Source of the DNA: an uncultured Gammaproteobacteria bacterium | GTDB taxonomy: Bacteria; Patescibacteriota; Microgenomatia; JALYQM01 | Direction: 5' to 3' | Assembly (NCBI GenBank): GCA_964403585.1 | Contig: CAYOFQ010000001.1 | Location: forward strand, 648,630 to 712,629 | Length of the DNA: 64,000 nucleotides | Shown here: in pieces, positions 46,090-54,451 of the stretch | Layout of the letters: every line of letters begins with the position of its first letter | Numbering within the stretch: position 1 is the stretch's first letter | Notes under the pieces: model-generated | The model's input: only the letters and a program-made list of their open reading frames with translations | What the model was told of the DNA's origin: nothing | The model's database searches: none | Made by a program: the position numbers and the translations under genes

Positions 46090-47499
46090 ATGAATAAGAA
46101 AATCCGGTTCTATTTCTGGATGCTTCAAGGATATATTCGTAAACATACCCTCAAAACTGTAATTTTTCTGGCCGTGGTTGGTGGAATTAGCTACGGAATT
46201 TCAGTATGGGTCCCTACGCTCACAAAACCAAATGACGACGTCTATATCGAGGGCTATGTGGGTGCATTTACCAAAAAACAACTACCGCCTCAAATAATGG
46301 ACTATATTAGCTACGGACTCGTTACCACCGACGCGCACGGTAATCCAGTACCTAAAGCTGCCGAATCCATTGAAGCAGATAGTTCAGGCAAAAAGTTCAC
46401 TGTTCGCTTGCGCAAGGATATCCAGTGGCATAATGGGACCCCACTCCTTTCCAAGGATCTTACCTACAATTTGGCTGATGTCCAAATCGACAGACCCGAC
46501 GATCACACGTTAACGTTTACGCTAAAAGACTCATTTGCGCCGTTCCCGACACTTCTCACCGGGCCACTGGTAAAAATTACCTCCGATGATGTCTATGGAA
46601 TAGGGGATTATTATCTTTCCAGTGTCGAATATCGGCAAACACAGTATTTAACCTCCATCGAACTTCGCTCTGAAACAAAATCGCCGCATGTTGTTAGAAT
46701 CAAATTCTATCCTACCGAACAGGATGCTATTACTGCACTGAAGCTCGGTCAGATTCACGGGTTACGTCTCACTGATGCCAATGAAGTTCAGAGCTGGAAC
46801 AATGCGGTGATCTACGAAAAAGTATCACCCAAACGCTTTGTTGGAGTATTTTTCCAACTAAAAGACCCCTTGGTTGGAGGCAAAGACGCCTTGCTGCGTC
46901 AGGTACTTGCTTCAGCCATTCAGGATGTTCCCGGCCAAATCCCGTTTATTGGACCATTTCCGCCAAACTCCTGGGCATCAACCAACACTGAAAGTAAGTA
47001 CCGAAATAACCCGGAAAAAGCCAAACAGCTACTGGAACAATATAAGAAAAATAACAAAGGTTCAACACAGGAACTGGAAGTCAAAATCTCAACGCTTCCT
47101 TCGTACAAAGACACTGCCGATTACGTAGCCTTATCCTGGGCCAATATTGGCATAAAAACCCAAATCGAAGTTGTCGAAAAAATACCCGAGAATTTCCAGG
47201 CCTTAATTATAGGACAGGAACTGCCGGCCGATCCCGATCAATACAGTTTATGGCATTCAACACAGAAACAATCGAACCTAACGAACTATGATTTCAATAA
47301 GCGGGTCGACAAAGATTTGGAAGATGCTCGTAAAACAATCGACCAGAATGTACGCAAAGAAAAATATGCCGACTTTGAAAAACAAATTCTCGAAGATGTT
47401 CCGGTAATTTATTTATATCAGCCGTACTATCAATATGTGTTGTTGAAAAAATATAATACTGAAAATGTAAAGCAGTTTAAGCAGCTTTCTTCCCAGTAG
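46090..47499 (+). CDS. Extracellular solute-binding protein, family 5 (oligopeptide/nickel SBP-like)
   Basis: N-terminal TM/signal and an SBP_bac_5-like core (KKFTVRLRKDIQWHNGTPLLSKDLTYNL...). No adjacent permease or ATPase genes were seen. Confidence 0.7.
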   Translation: MNKKIRFYFWMLQGYIRKHTLKTVIFLAVVGGISYGISVWVPTLTKPNDDVYIEGYVGAFTKKQLPPQIMDYISYGLVTTDAHGNPVPKAAESIEADSSGKKFTVRLRKDIQWHNGTPLLSKDLTYNLADVQIDRPDDHTLTFTLKDSFAPFPTLLTGPLVKITSDDVYGIGDYYLSSVEYRQTQYLTSIELRSETKSPHVVRIKFYPTEQDAITALKLGQIHGLRLTDANEVQSWNNAVIYEKVSPKRFVGVFFQLKDPLVGGKDALLRQVLASAIQDVPGQIPFIGPFPPNSWASTNTESKYRNNPEKAKQLLEQYKKNNKGSTQELEVKISTLPSYKDTADYVALSWANIGIKTQIEVVEKIPENFQALIIGQELPADPDQYSLWHSTQKQSNLTNYDFNKRVDKDLEDARKTIDQNVRKEKYADFEKQILEDVPVIYLYQPYYQYVLLKKYNTENVKQFKQLSSQ

Positions 47500-48169
47500 T
47501 TAATCGAGCACTTTTACGCTTTTGTTCCTTTAATTTTTGTTTGTGCTCATATCCGTGGAGAACATAATCAATCAGCCCGTATTTTATCGCCTCATCGGCT
47601 GACATCCAATAGTCCTTTTTCAGATCTTCCTCTATTTTTGATAACGGTTGTCCGGTTCGTTTACTCATAACTTCATAGAGAATTCCCTGCAGAATGCGTG
47701 TCTCCTGTATGCGAATATCCAAATCCGAAACGGTTCCTTTCACTGAATTGGAAACTTCGTGAAGCAGAATACGGGTATGCTCATAACAATACCGCTTACC
47801 GGGTGTGCCTGAAGCCAACAACACCGCACCTGACGAAGCACAGACACCGATACCAATAGTCCAAACATCACAGGCAAGATTATCAATACAGTCGATAATT
47901 GCCAGGAGATCAATAACACTACCACCGTATGAATTGATATACAGAAATATATCCTTTTCCGGATTCTCCTCTTCTAAAGCGAGTAGATTCGAAATTGCCA
48001 ACTGTGAAGTTTTGGCGTCAAATTCTTTGAATAAATAAATGTTTCTGGAACGCTGCTCAATATCACTATCCATTTTTCCCAGAAAATCCCCCGATGGAGA
48101 TGAATCGGGTTCATCTCCATCATAGTTATAACCATGTTTAAAGAAGGGGGATGTTTTTATCATATGCAA
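47477..48169 (-). CDS. clpP: ClpP-family serine protease subunit with N-terminal extension and Lys-rich C-terminal tail
   Basis: ClpP core (IFLYINSYGGSVIDLLAIIDCIDNLACDVWTIGIGVCASSGAVLLASGTPGKRYCYEHTRILLHEV) with Ser and His in the expected places. There is an N-terminal extension of about 35 aa (start uncertain; alternative ATG at 48073) and a C-terminal KQKLKEQKRKSARLTTGKKAA tail. No clpX is adjacent. Confidence 0.8.
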   Translation of the reverse strand: MHMIKTSPFFKHGYNYDGDEPDSSPSGDFLGKMDSDIEQRSRNIYLFKEFDAKTSQLAISNLLALEEENPEKDIFLYINSYGGSVIDLLAIIDCIDNLACDVWTIGIGVCASSGAVLLASGTPGKRYCYEHTRILLHEVSNSVKGTVSDLDIRIQETRILQGILYEVMSKRTGQPLSKIEEDLKKDYWMSADEAIKYGLIDYVLHGYEHKQKLKEQKRKSARLTTGKKAA

Positions 48170-48211
48170 TTAACTAAGCTGTAACATTATTGTATACACT
48201 AACTATATAGT

Positions 48212-48349
48212 TTAGCGAGCATTTTGTCTAGCTCTATTCTGTGCATATTTTTCTGCGCGGGCGCGACCACCGCTGCGTGCAACTCGTTTTCTTGTTTCAT
48301 CATCCGCGTAATAAAGTCCACGTGGTTTAGACTTTTGACTTCGTGCCAT
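48212..48349 (-). CDS. Small basic protein (45 aa), unannotated in the ORF track
   Basis: Perfect SD (AGGAGGcaactATG) on the minus strand. Encodes MARSQKSKPRGLYYADDETRKRVARSGGRARAEKYAQNRARQNAR. Arg-rich and reminiscent of small stress-induced (KGG-like) proteins, but family is not established. Confidence 0.45.
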   Translation of the reverse strand: MARSQKSKPRGLYYADDETRKRVARSGGRARAEKYAQNRARQNAR

Positions 48350-48502
48350 AGTTGCCTCCTAAAGTTATATCAAACATATAATAATAATATATATTAATAA
48401 TATCATAAAATATTGTCTTTTTCAACCCGAAAAATGCGAAAAAAGTAAGCATTTTTATCAGAAATCACGTGTGATATAATCATTAGCGAACACAAACTAT
48501 CC

Positions 48503-48575
48503 GCCTTCGTAGCTTAATGGATAGAGCAGCTGGCTTCGAACCAGCCGGTTGGGGGTTCGAGTCCCTCCGAAGGCA
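48503..48575 (+). tRNA. tRNA-Arg (anticodon TCG)
   Basis: Acceptor GCCTTCG/CGAAGGC, anticodon stem GCTGG/CCAGC with loop CTTCGAA, T-arm GGGGG-TTCGAGT-CCCTC. An extended -10 TGTGATATAAT lies about 25 nt upstream. No encoded CCA. Confidence 0.85.
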
Positions 48576-48713
48576 CGTCATTACTTCTTATATTTTTCTC
48601 AACTAATTTTCAGTCCGCTCTTGCTATTACAGCTATTTTTTTGTTAAAATATGCATATAATGATATAACATTATCATTAATTAATAGTAACAATACAATT
48701 TAAGGGAGGTGTT

Positions 48714-49427
48714 ATGTACACACTTAATACAACTCAGGCCATACTTAACAATGCCTTGCTGCGGTTTACGAACTACATGCCTCAGTTCATTGCAGGACTG
48801 ATATTACTCATTATCGGATTCATTGTCGCAGCGGTTGCCCGAAGTATCGCGTTACGTGTACTAAAAATATTCCGGATAGATCGCTGGATCAACAGTGCTG
48901 AGGAAATTTTCAAAAAGGCTGAAAATGCTGATACAAAGACCGCTGGCCTTTGGCCTGGAATATTAGCTCAGTTACTGTATCTGACTATTTTGGTGCTCTT
49001 CCTGATGCCTGCCTTTGATGCCTGGGGTTTAAATCGTGTTACTCAGATATTAAATCAGTTCATTTTATTCTTACCTAATATCTTTATCGCAGTGGTAGTA
49101 GGTTTTATTGGTTTGGGATTAGCTCGTCTGGTATCAGACATAGTTGAGCGCACGACATCAGATTTAGGCAGTAGCTCATCTCGTGTTCTTGCCAATATTG
49201 CCCGATATTCACTGGTATTCTTTACCGCATTAATTGTACTTAACCAGCTCGGAGTAGCAGCTAATTTAGTGCAAATTCTCTTCACCGGAATCGTTGCGAT
49301 GCTCGCAATCGCCGGAGGTTTAGCTTTTGGTATCGGTGGTCAGGATAAAGCGCGCCAGTTGCTCGACAGCTTAACACAGAAGGTCCAGGAAACCCGCCAG
49401 GTACGCGGAAACCGTACTAACGGATAA
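48714..49427 (+). CDS. Integral membrane protein (hypothetical, about 5 TM)
   Basis: 237 aa with repeated hydrophobic helices and a C-terminal polar tail. No motif recognised. Confidence 0.55.
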   Translation: MYTLNTTQAILNNALLRFTNYMPQFIAGLILLIIGFIVAAVARSIALRVLKIFRIDRWINSAEEIFKKAENADTKTAGLWPGILAQLLYLTILVLFLMPAFDAWGLNRVTQILNQFILFLPNIFIAVVVGFIGLGLARLVSDIVERTTSDLGSSSSRVLANIARYSLVFFTALIVLNQLGVAANLVQILFTGIVAMLAIAGGLAFGIGGQDKARQLLDSLTQKVQETRQVRGNRTNG

Positions 49428-49486
49428 GAGAGCGCATATTGATCTCTCTAGGCAAAATATAGTAAACTCTATTCAAGAAAAGCTAA

Positions 49487-49509
49487 AGCCAGTCATATGA
49501 CTGGTTTTT
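49487..49509 (+). terminator. Rho-independent terminator (CCAGTCA-ta-TGACTGG + TTTTT)
   Basis: Perfect 7-bp stem with a 2-nt loop and a T-run, between the membrane-protein gene and tRNA-Lys(CTT). Confidence 0.65.
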
Positions 49510-49518
49510 AGCTGTTTA

Positions 49519-49593
49519 GGGCTGGTAGCTCAGCGGTAGAGCAGTTGCCTCTTAAGCAATTGGTCCTGGGTTCGAATCCCAGTCAGCCCACCA
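49519..49593 (+). tRNA. tRNA-Lys (anticodon CTT), CCA encoded
   Basis: Acceptor GGGCTGG/TCAGCCC, anticodon stem GTTGC/GCAAT with loop CTCTTAA, T-arm CTGGG-TTCGAAT-CCCAG. The 3' ACCA is genomically encoded. Confidence 0.85.
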
Positions 49594-49622
49594 AATTTCG
49601 TTCAAATACGCTTTAATGGATT

Positions 49623-50261
49623 ATGCAAAAGGCCCCCCTTGCAAACACTCTTATATCGTGGAATACTTTGGTCATGGCCAAGAAAACTGTCACAGTAACA
49701 TCCATCGTTGTCGTCGCCATCATCGGACTAATAATTTATATGAAGAGTACCGCATCTTCAGTGCCGATCGAATCATTAGATCAAGTAGATGAAAGCCAAA
49801 AGTGGGAGAAAAATGGTTCATACGAATATCAATTGCTGCCAAACGGTACAAAAGTTGCTAAGCAAGTATTCAATAATTCCTCTATTAGCTTAGGAAAAAA
49901 TGTTATAGATAATGTGACTATGCACTACCAATTTGGAAACCCTGCCTTCAATCCTAAAAGCGGGGTTTACAATCCAGCTTTATACGAAAAAAATGACGGT
50001 GTCTATACAATTAAGGTACAAGAAATTCGGGGGTATAAAGCATTATATTTCTACTCTGAACAGTCACAGAGCAACAGAATGGCTAACTTACATTTGCTTG
50101 ATAACGATCTGCGTGATAGTCCTGCGGTGGAGGGGATGATTATTGAGAAAAAACCGGAAAGCATTTTGGAACTAGTGCACTATGCTCCTGTTGGAAAGAC
50201 CATACAAGACTTTAAGAGTGACTCTACCGCCTTCCAAAACATCGCAACCAATAGTTTATAG
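49623..50261 (+). CDS. Secreted/TM-anchored hypothetical protein
   Basis: N-terminal hydrophobic anchor (MAKKTVTVTSIVVVAIIGLIIY) and a globular extracytoplasmic region. No motif recognised. Confidence 0.55.
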   Translation: MQKAPLANTLISWNTLVMAKKTVTVTSIVVVAIIGLIIYMKSTASSVPIESLDQVDESQKWEKNGSYEYQLLPNGTKVAKQVFNNSSISLGKNVIDNVTMHYQFGNPAFNPKSGVYNPALYEKNDGVYTIKVQEIRGYKALYFYSEQSQSNRMANLHLLDNDLRDSPAVEGMIIEKKPESILELVHYAPVGKTIQDFKSDSTAFQNIATNSL

Positions 50262-50456
50262 GCAACGTTCATCTACGCGATTTGCCATCTGCATGATATA
50301 ATTCAAGCGTTCTGTCCGGAAAGAAGGGCAGATGGCACAGTTTTATGAACCACTCTCTCATAAAGAAAAATTAATCCATGCAGCGCTTATCTCTGTTTTG
50401 CTCACCATAGTCTACGCCATATTGCACATTCAATAAGAAAATAGCACAATACTAGT

Positions 50457-51056
50457 ATGAACAAAATATACTACCTTCTCCTTCTATTCCTTGTTACTTT
50501 TCTTGCCGCCTGCACTTCGAATACCCCCGTAAGTGAATCTTCTCCCGAACCCGCGGTAAATCAAAGTTCGGCAAGCTCCATGCCCTCATCTTCGGCAACA
50601 GCTTCTCCGAACCTCCTTACTTGGAACAGCTGGACTAATACAACACAAAACTATGTAGTTTCATATCCGTCAACCTGGTTTATATATAAAAACGGGGAGG
50701 CAGCCGTTGGTACAAACACGACTGCTATCTCTAACTCCGACCTTACCGTAGCAAAGAAGGCACCATCTGATTTTATGCGAATTAACATTTCTATTTTTGA
50801 CGCCACGGAAAAAACGGCAAGCGATTTAAAAACTCAATTGACTAAAGATAAGGATAACGTATTGAAAGCCGAAACAGTTAGCGTAAATGGAATGGAAGGC
50901 GTACGAATCGTAACCGAAGGGCTGGGTAAAAATACGAGCTATTATCTTATTGGTAAGAAGAACTCATATTATCTTTCTTTTGGTGCAGATTATACAGACA
51001 AAAGTACACAAGTCCAAACTGCATTACAAATAGTTGATTCCTTTAAAGAAAAATAG
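50457..51056 (+). CDS. Putative lipoprotein (hypothetical)
   Basis: Lipobox LFLVTFLAAC and an S/A/P-rich linker. Unknown domain. Confidence 0.6.
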   Translation: MNKIYYLLLLFLVTFLAACTSNTPVSESSPEPAVNQSSASSMPSSSATASPNLLTWNSWTNTTQNYVVSYPSTWFIYKNGEAAVGTNTTAISNSDLTVAKKAPSDFMRINISIFDATEKTASDLKTQLTKDKDNVLKAETVSVNGMEGVRIVTEGLGKNTSYYLIGKKNSYYLSFGADYTDKSTQVQTALQIVDSFKEK

Positions 51057-51077
51057 ATCTGATTTTAATTTAATCAA

Positions 51078-51106
51078 ATTAATAGTACTTGACCGGTACT
51101 ATTAAT
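51078..51106. promoter_or_regulatory. Perfect 11-bp inverted repeat ATTAATAGTAC-n7-GTACTATTAAT (candidate operator / stem-loop)
   Basis: Read directly from the sequence. Lies about 50 nt upstream of the IMPDH-family gene start. Confidence 0.5.
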
Positions 51107-51129
51107 TCTTGTATTAAATAATAAAGGGA

Positions 51130-51153
51130 CCCCTCATAGCAGGGGCATTTTTT
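51130..51153 (+). terminator. Stem-loop CCCCT-catagc-AGGGG + TTTTTT abutting the ATG of the downstream gene
   Basis: Terminator-like hairpin with a U-run ending at 51153. The downstream gene's ATG is at 51154. Confidence 0.5.
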
Positions 51154-52221
51154 ATGAAACAGCAATCCTTACCGTTAGCCTTATCGTACGGAGATGTATT
51201 ATTAGTTCCGCAGTATTCAACTGTCCGGTCGCGCAAAGACATTAGCCTCAAAACTAAAATAGCTTCGGGACTTGAATTGCAGTCACCCTTGATGTCAGTC
51301 AATATGGATACCGTGACCGATGTTGAAATGGCCGTCGCATTAAGCGAAAACAATGCCATCGGTTGCCTGCCGCGTTTCGATAAACCTGAGCTTCAGGCAG
51401 AAAAGATGCAGCAGATCACCAACGCAGGTGCCCAGGCTATCGGCGCGATCGAGGTTAACGGTGACTTTGTAACGCGTTCGGAGATGTTATTAAAAGCCGG
51501 AGCAGTTGGACTAACTATCGATACACCACACGCACACACAGCTTTTACCGTTGAAGCAATAAAAACGTTTAAGAGCCACTTTAAAGACATTCCGCTTATT
51601 GTTGGAACGATCGCAACGTACCAGGCGGCGTACGACCTCTTTGAAGCCGGTGCTGATGCAGTGCGTGTTGGAATCGGCGCCGGAACTATCTGTACAACCC
51701 GTATTGTTGCCGGTTCCGGAGTTCCACAAATAACTGCCATTATGGAAGCAGCACGTGCCCGCGAGCACTTCCCGGATCGCTATGTGATTGCCGATGGCGG
51801 CACATCCAGCTCCGGCGATATGGTCAAAGCACTGGCCGCCGGCGCCAGTGCCGTAATGGTCGGTTCATTGCTTTCAGGTACCGATGAAGCACCGGGAGAT
51901 ATCCTGGAGATAGGCGGAAAGCTGTATAAAGAATATAACGGTTCTACTTCACGCAAAGAAAAGCTTCGACAGATGGGCAAAGATTTAAAAGGCAAAGAGA
52001 AGCACTTTATAACCCATGTTGAAGGGGTTGAGGCCATGGTACCGTACAAAGGACCGGTCGCTCAAGTTGTGGAAAGCTTACTCGCCGGAGTCCGTTCCGG
52101 TATGAGTTACAGCGGTGCACTAACGATTGAAGAATTTTGGGAAAAAGCGGAGTTTGTCCAAATCACCGCTGCCGGATTGCGCGAAAGTCAGAGTCACGAC
52201 GTTGTACTTCAGTCGTTTTAG
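51154..52221 (+). CDS. IMP dehydrogenase / GMP reductase family protein (TIM barrel, no CBS pair)
   Basis: IMPDH-family core with the catalytic Cys loop [13 protein letters not shown] and a conserved C-terminal region. At 355 aa it lacks the CBS subdomain. Confidence 0.8.
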   Translation: MKQQSLPLALSYGDVLLVPQYSTVRSRKDISLKTKIASGLELQSPLMSVNMDTVTDVEMAVALSENNAIGCLPRFDKPELQAEKMQQITNAGAQAIGAIEVNGDFVTRSEMLLKAGAVGLTIDTPHAHTAFTVEAIKTFKSHFKDIPLIVGTIATYQAAYDLFEAGADAVRVGIGAGTICTTRIVAGSGVPQITAIMEAARAREHFPDRYVIADGGTSSSGDMVKALAAGASAVMVGSLLSGTDEAPGDILEIGGKLYKEYNGSTSRKEKLRQMGKDLKGKEKHFITHVEGVEAMVPYKGPVAQVVESLLAGVRSGMSYSGALTIEEFWEKAEFVQITAAGLRESQSHDVVLQSF

Positions 52222-52272
52222 CGTATTTATGGTATAATTAGGACATAAACTTACTCGTAAAGGTGATGTACC

Positions 52273-52740
52273 GTGCTCAGAAAAATAATTTATACCGTTG
52301 CTTTTGTCCTCATAGTCTCGGCAGGATACGTTCTGCCGCCACTAATTCTCAGCGACACACCCGCCGAAGCAAGTCAGCCCGCACAACAGAAAGTCAACGC
52401 TATACATCTCCCGACACCGTCGCCTTCACCATCCATCGCAGCTGCAACCACTCCAACGGCAACTCCGGCAACAGCTGTTAGTAAAATTGCGGCCAAGACC
52501 GCAGAAAAAATTGTTACGCAGCAAGAACAATCCGTTCGGGCAGAGCAGCGTGAAGAACGGACAGAGGAGTCGTTTGAACAGGATTCAAGCCCGGAAACAG
52601 CCGTAATAGATGAGCCACAGGCGTTTGCCCTTGAACCTGAAATCGAATCCTCGGAAGAACAGGAAGATTTTCCATTGGAAGAGGAAGACATCTCCACTGC
52701 CGACACGAACGACCCCAACGATCAACCGCTGGAAGAGTAA
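52273..52740 (+). CDS. Secreted acidic low-complexity protein (hypothetical)
   Basis: Signal anchor, a TP/A-rich segment and a highly acidic C-terminal half (EESFEQDSSPE...SEEQEDFPLEEED). Confidence 0.5.
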   Translation: MLRKIIYTVAFVLIVSAGYVLPPLILSDTPAEASQPAQQKVNAIHLPTPSPSPSIAAATTPTATPATAVSKIAAKTAEKIVTQQEQSVRAEQREERTEESFEQDSSPETAVIDEPQAFALEPEIESSEEQEDFPLEEEDISTADTNDPNDQPLEE

Positions 52741-52760
52741 TATTTGGTATAATAACTCCT

Positions 52761-54131
52761 ATGCACTACTTTATTCAGACTTTTGGCTGTCAAGCCAACA
52801 AAGCCGATTCCGAGCGCATGGCCGGTGTACTTGAAGCCATGGGGTTCGAAGAAAGTAAAGAAATCCAGGCAGCTGATGTCGTGGTGTTAAACACCTGTTC
52901 AGTCCGTCAGTCAGCTGAAGACCGTGTCTACTCGCGCATGACGTCACTCCGGGAGCTGAAGAAAACAAAGCCGAATTTGAAAGTCGTCGTCGCCGGCTGC
53001 ATGATTGGTCCGCACGGGAATACGCCGCGCGACAGTAGAATAACCGAGCGTCTGCAGGGTGCTGACAAACTTGTCGGGACTCAGGATTACTCCCGCTTGT
53101 GGGAGATCTTCCGTGATTTAAAACCAACACCCGGTGAGTATTTATCGAAGCGAATTCCCTACAAAAAAATGGAGAAGGATCAGGGATTTGTACTGATTTC
53201 ATCGGGCTGCAATAACTTTTGTACGTTTTGTATTGTTCCGTACGCGCGGGGTAAAGAAATCTCCCGGCCATTCGCCGAAATTCTGGCGGAAGTACGGGAG
53301 TTAGCCACTAAAGGATATAAAAAAATAACCTTGCTCGGCCAAAATGTTAATTCCTATGGTGCTGACTTGATTCTGGGAAAGCCGCTTGGGGGAGATAGAT
53401 TACAGATTAATGAACTGAAGCGACGAAAGAAATTAGGACTACCGCTCGTTAAGACCAGCGAAGACACGGTTGCAGGACCATATGAAGACATGAATGCCGT
53501 GCAAAAAGCCGCCGATCAGGCAGGGACCTTTGTGCTGCCCGATGGTCGGACAGTAGCTCCCGTATATGTACAGCATCTCGGAAAAACCCGTGTCCCAACG
53601 CTTTTTCCCTTTCTGCTTGAAGAGGTCTGCAAAATTGATGGTGTCGAGGAACTTTCATTTTTGTCCTCTAACCCCTGGGATTTCTCCGACGAATTAATCG
53701 AAACCATTGCCCGGAACAAGAAAATCATCCGTGAATTGCATTTACCAATACAGTCGGGGGACAATGAAATCCTTAAAAAAATGAACCGCTGGTATACAAG
53801 AGAAGAATATCTGGCACTGACGGAAAGGATCAGACGGGCGATTCCTGATGTTCGCTTTACTACCGATATTATCGTTGGCTTTCCGGGTGAAACTGAAGAA
53901 CAGTTTGAAAATACGGTTGATCTGTGTAAGCAGGTCGGATTTAAAGTGGCCTATATTGCCGAATATTCAATCCGACCCGGAACAGCAGCGTCATTAATGA
54001 AGGATGATGTTAAAAACTGGGATAAAAAACGCCGTTTCCAAATTCTTGATGAATTAATCAACGGTGTTAAGCACTCCGAATTCTCTCATGTTAAGATTGG
54101 AAACACTAATCAGCGAAGCATAGCTTCCTAA
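52761..54131 (+). CDS. miaB: MiaB-family radical-SAM tRNA methylthiotransferase
   Basis: MTTase N-terminal Cys motif (FGCQANKADSERMAG...NTCSVR), radical SAM CNNFCTFC, and a TRAM-like C-terminus. Confidence 0.88.
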   Translation: MHYFIQTFGCQANKADSERMAGVLEAMGFEESKEIQAADVVVLNTCSVRQSAEDRVYSRMTSLRELKKTKPNLKVVVAGCMIGPHGNTPRDSRITERLQGADKLVGTQDYSRLWEIFRDLKPTPGEYLSKRIPYKKMEKDQGFVLISSGCNNFCTFCIVPYARGKEISRPFAEILAEVRELATKGYKKITLLGQNVNSYGADLILGKPLGGDRLQINELKRRKKLGLPLVKTSEDTVAGPYEDMNAVQKAADQAGTFVLPDGRTVAPVYVQHLGKTRVPTLFPFLLEEVCKIDGVEELSFLSSNPWDFSDELIETIARNKKIIRELHLPIQSGDNEILKKMNRWYTREEYLALTERIRRAIPDVRFTTDIIVGFPGETEEQFENTVDLCKQVGFKVAYIAEYSIRPGTAASLMKDDVKNWDKKRRFQILDELINGVKHSEFSHVKIGNTNQRSIAS

Positions 54132-54447
54132 CAGACCGCCCATTAGAACGCTTCCATGCACCCTCGTCACAGAGAATCAGATCTCCACCGGCATAATCTC
54201 CACGAAAATAGTACGCAATCCAGTTGCGCGGAACATGCGTATCCAAATTTATTTCGTGATAGACCCGAACGGCTGCCCGGTACGGGTCTTCTTCCAGGTC
54301 AATTTTACCACCGACTGTCTGGACAATATTCGGCCAGAATTTTTTCAAATGCGAACGGCGCATCACCAGGTATTTGCCGTCCTTGCGTATTAACATGTTC
54401 GCGACCATTACAACTTGATGAATATCAGGTTCGGTATTTACTGCCAT
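54106..54447 (-). CDS. NUDIX-like hydrolase (degenerate Nudix box)
   Basis: Nudix-box-like GGKIDLEEDPYRAAVRVYHEINL. The preferred start is the ATG at 54447, which avoids overlap with the upstream gene. The 3' end overlaps the miaB end by about 25 nt (convergent). Confidence 0.55.
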   Translation of the reverse strand: MAVNTEPDIHQVVMVANMLIRKDGKYLVMRRSHLKKFWPNIVQTVGGKIDLEEDPYRAAVRVYHEINLDTHVPRNWIAYYFRGDYAGGDLILCDEGAWKRSNGRSVRKLCFAD

Positions 54448-54451
54448 GTGT

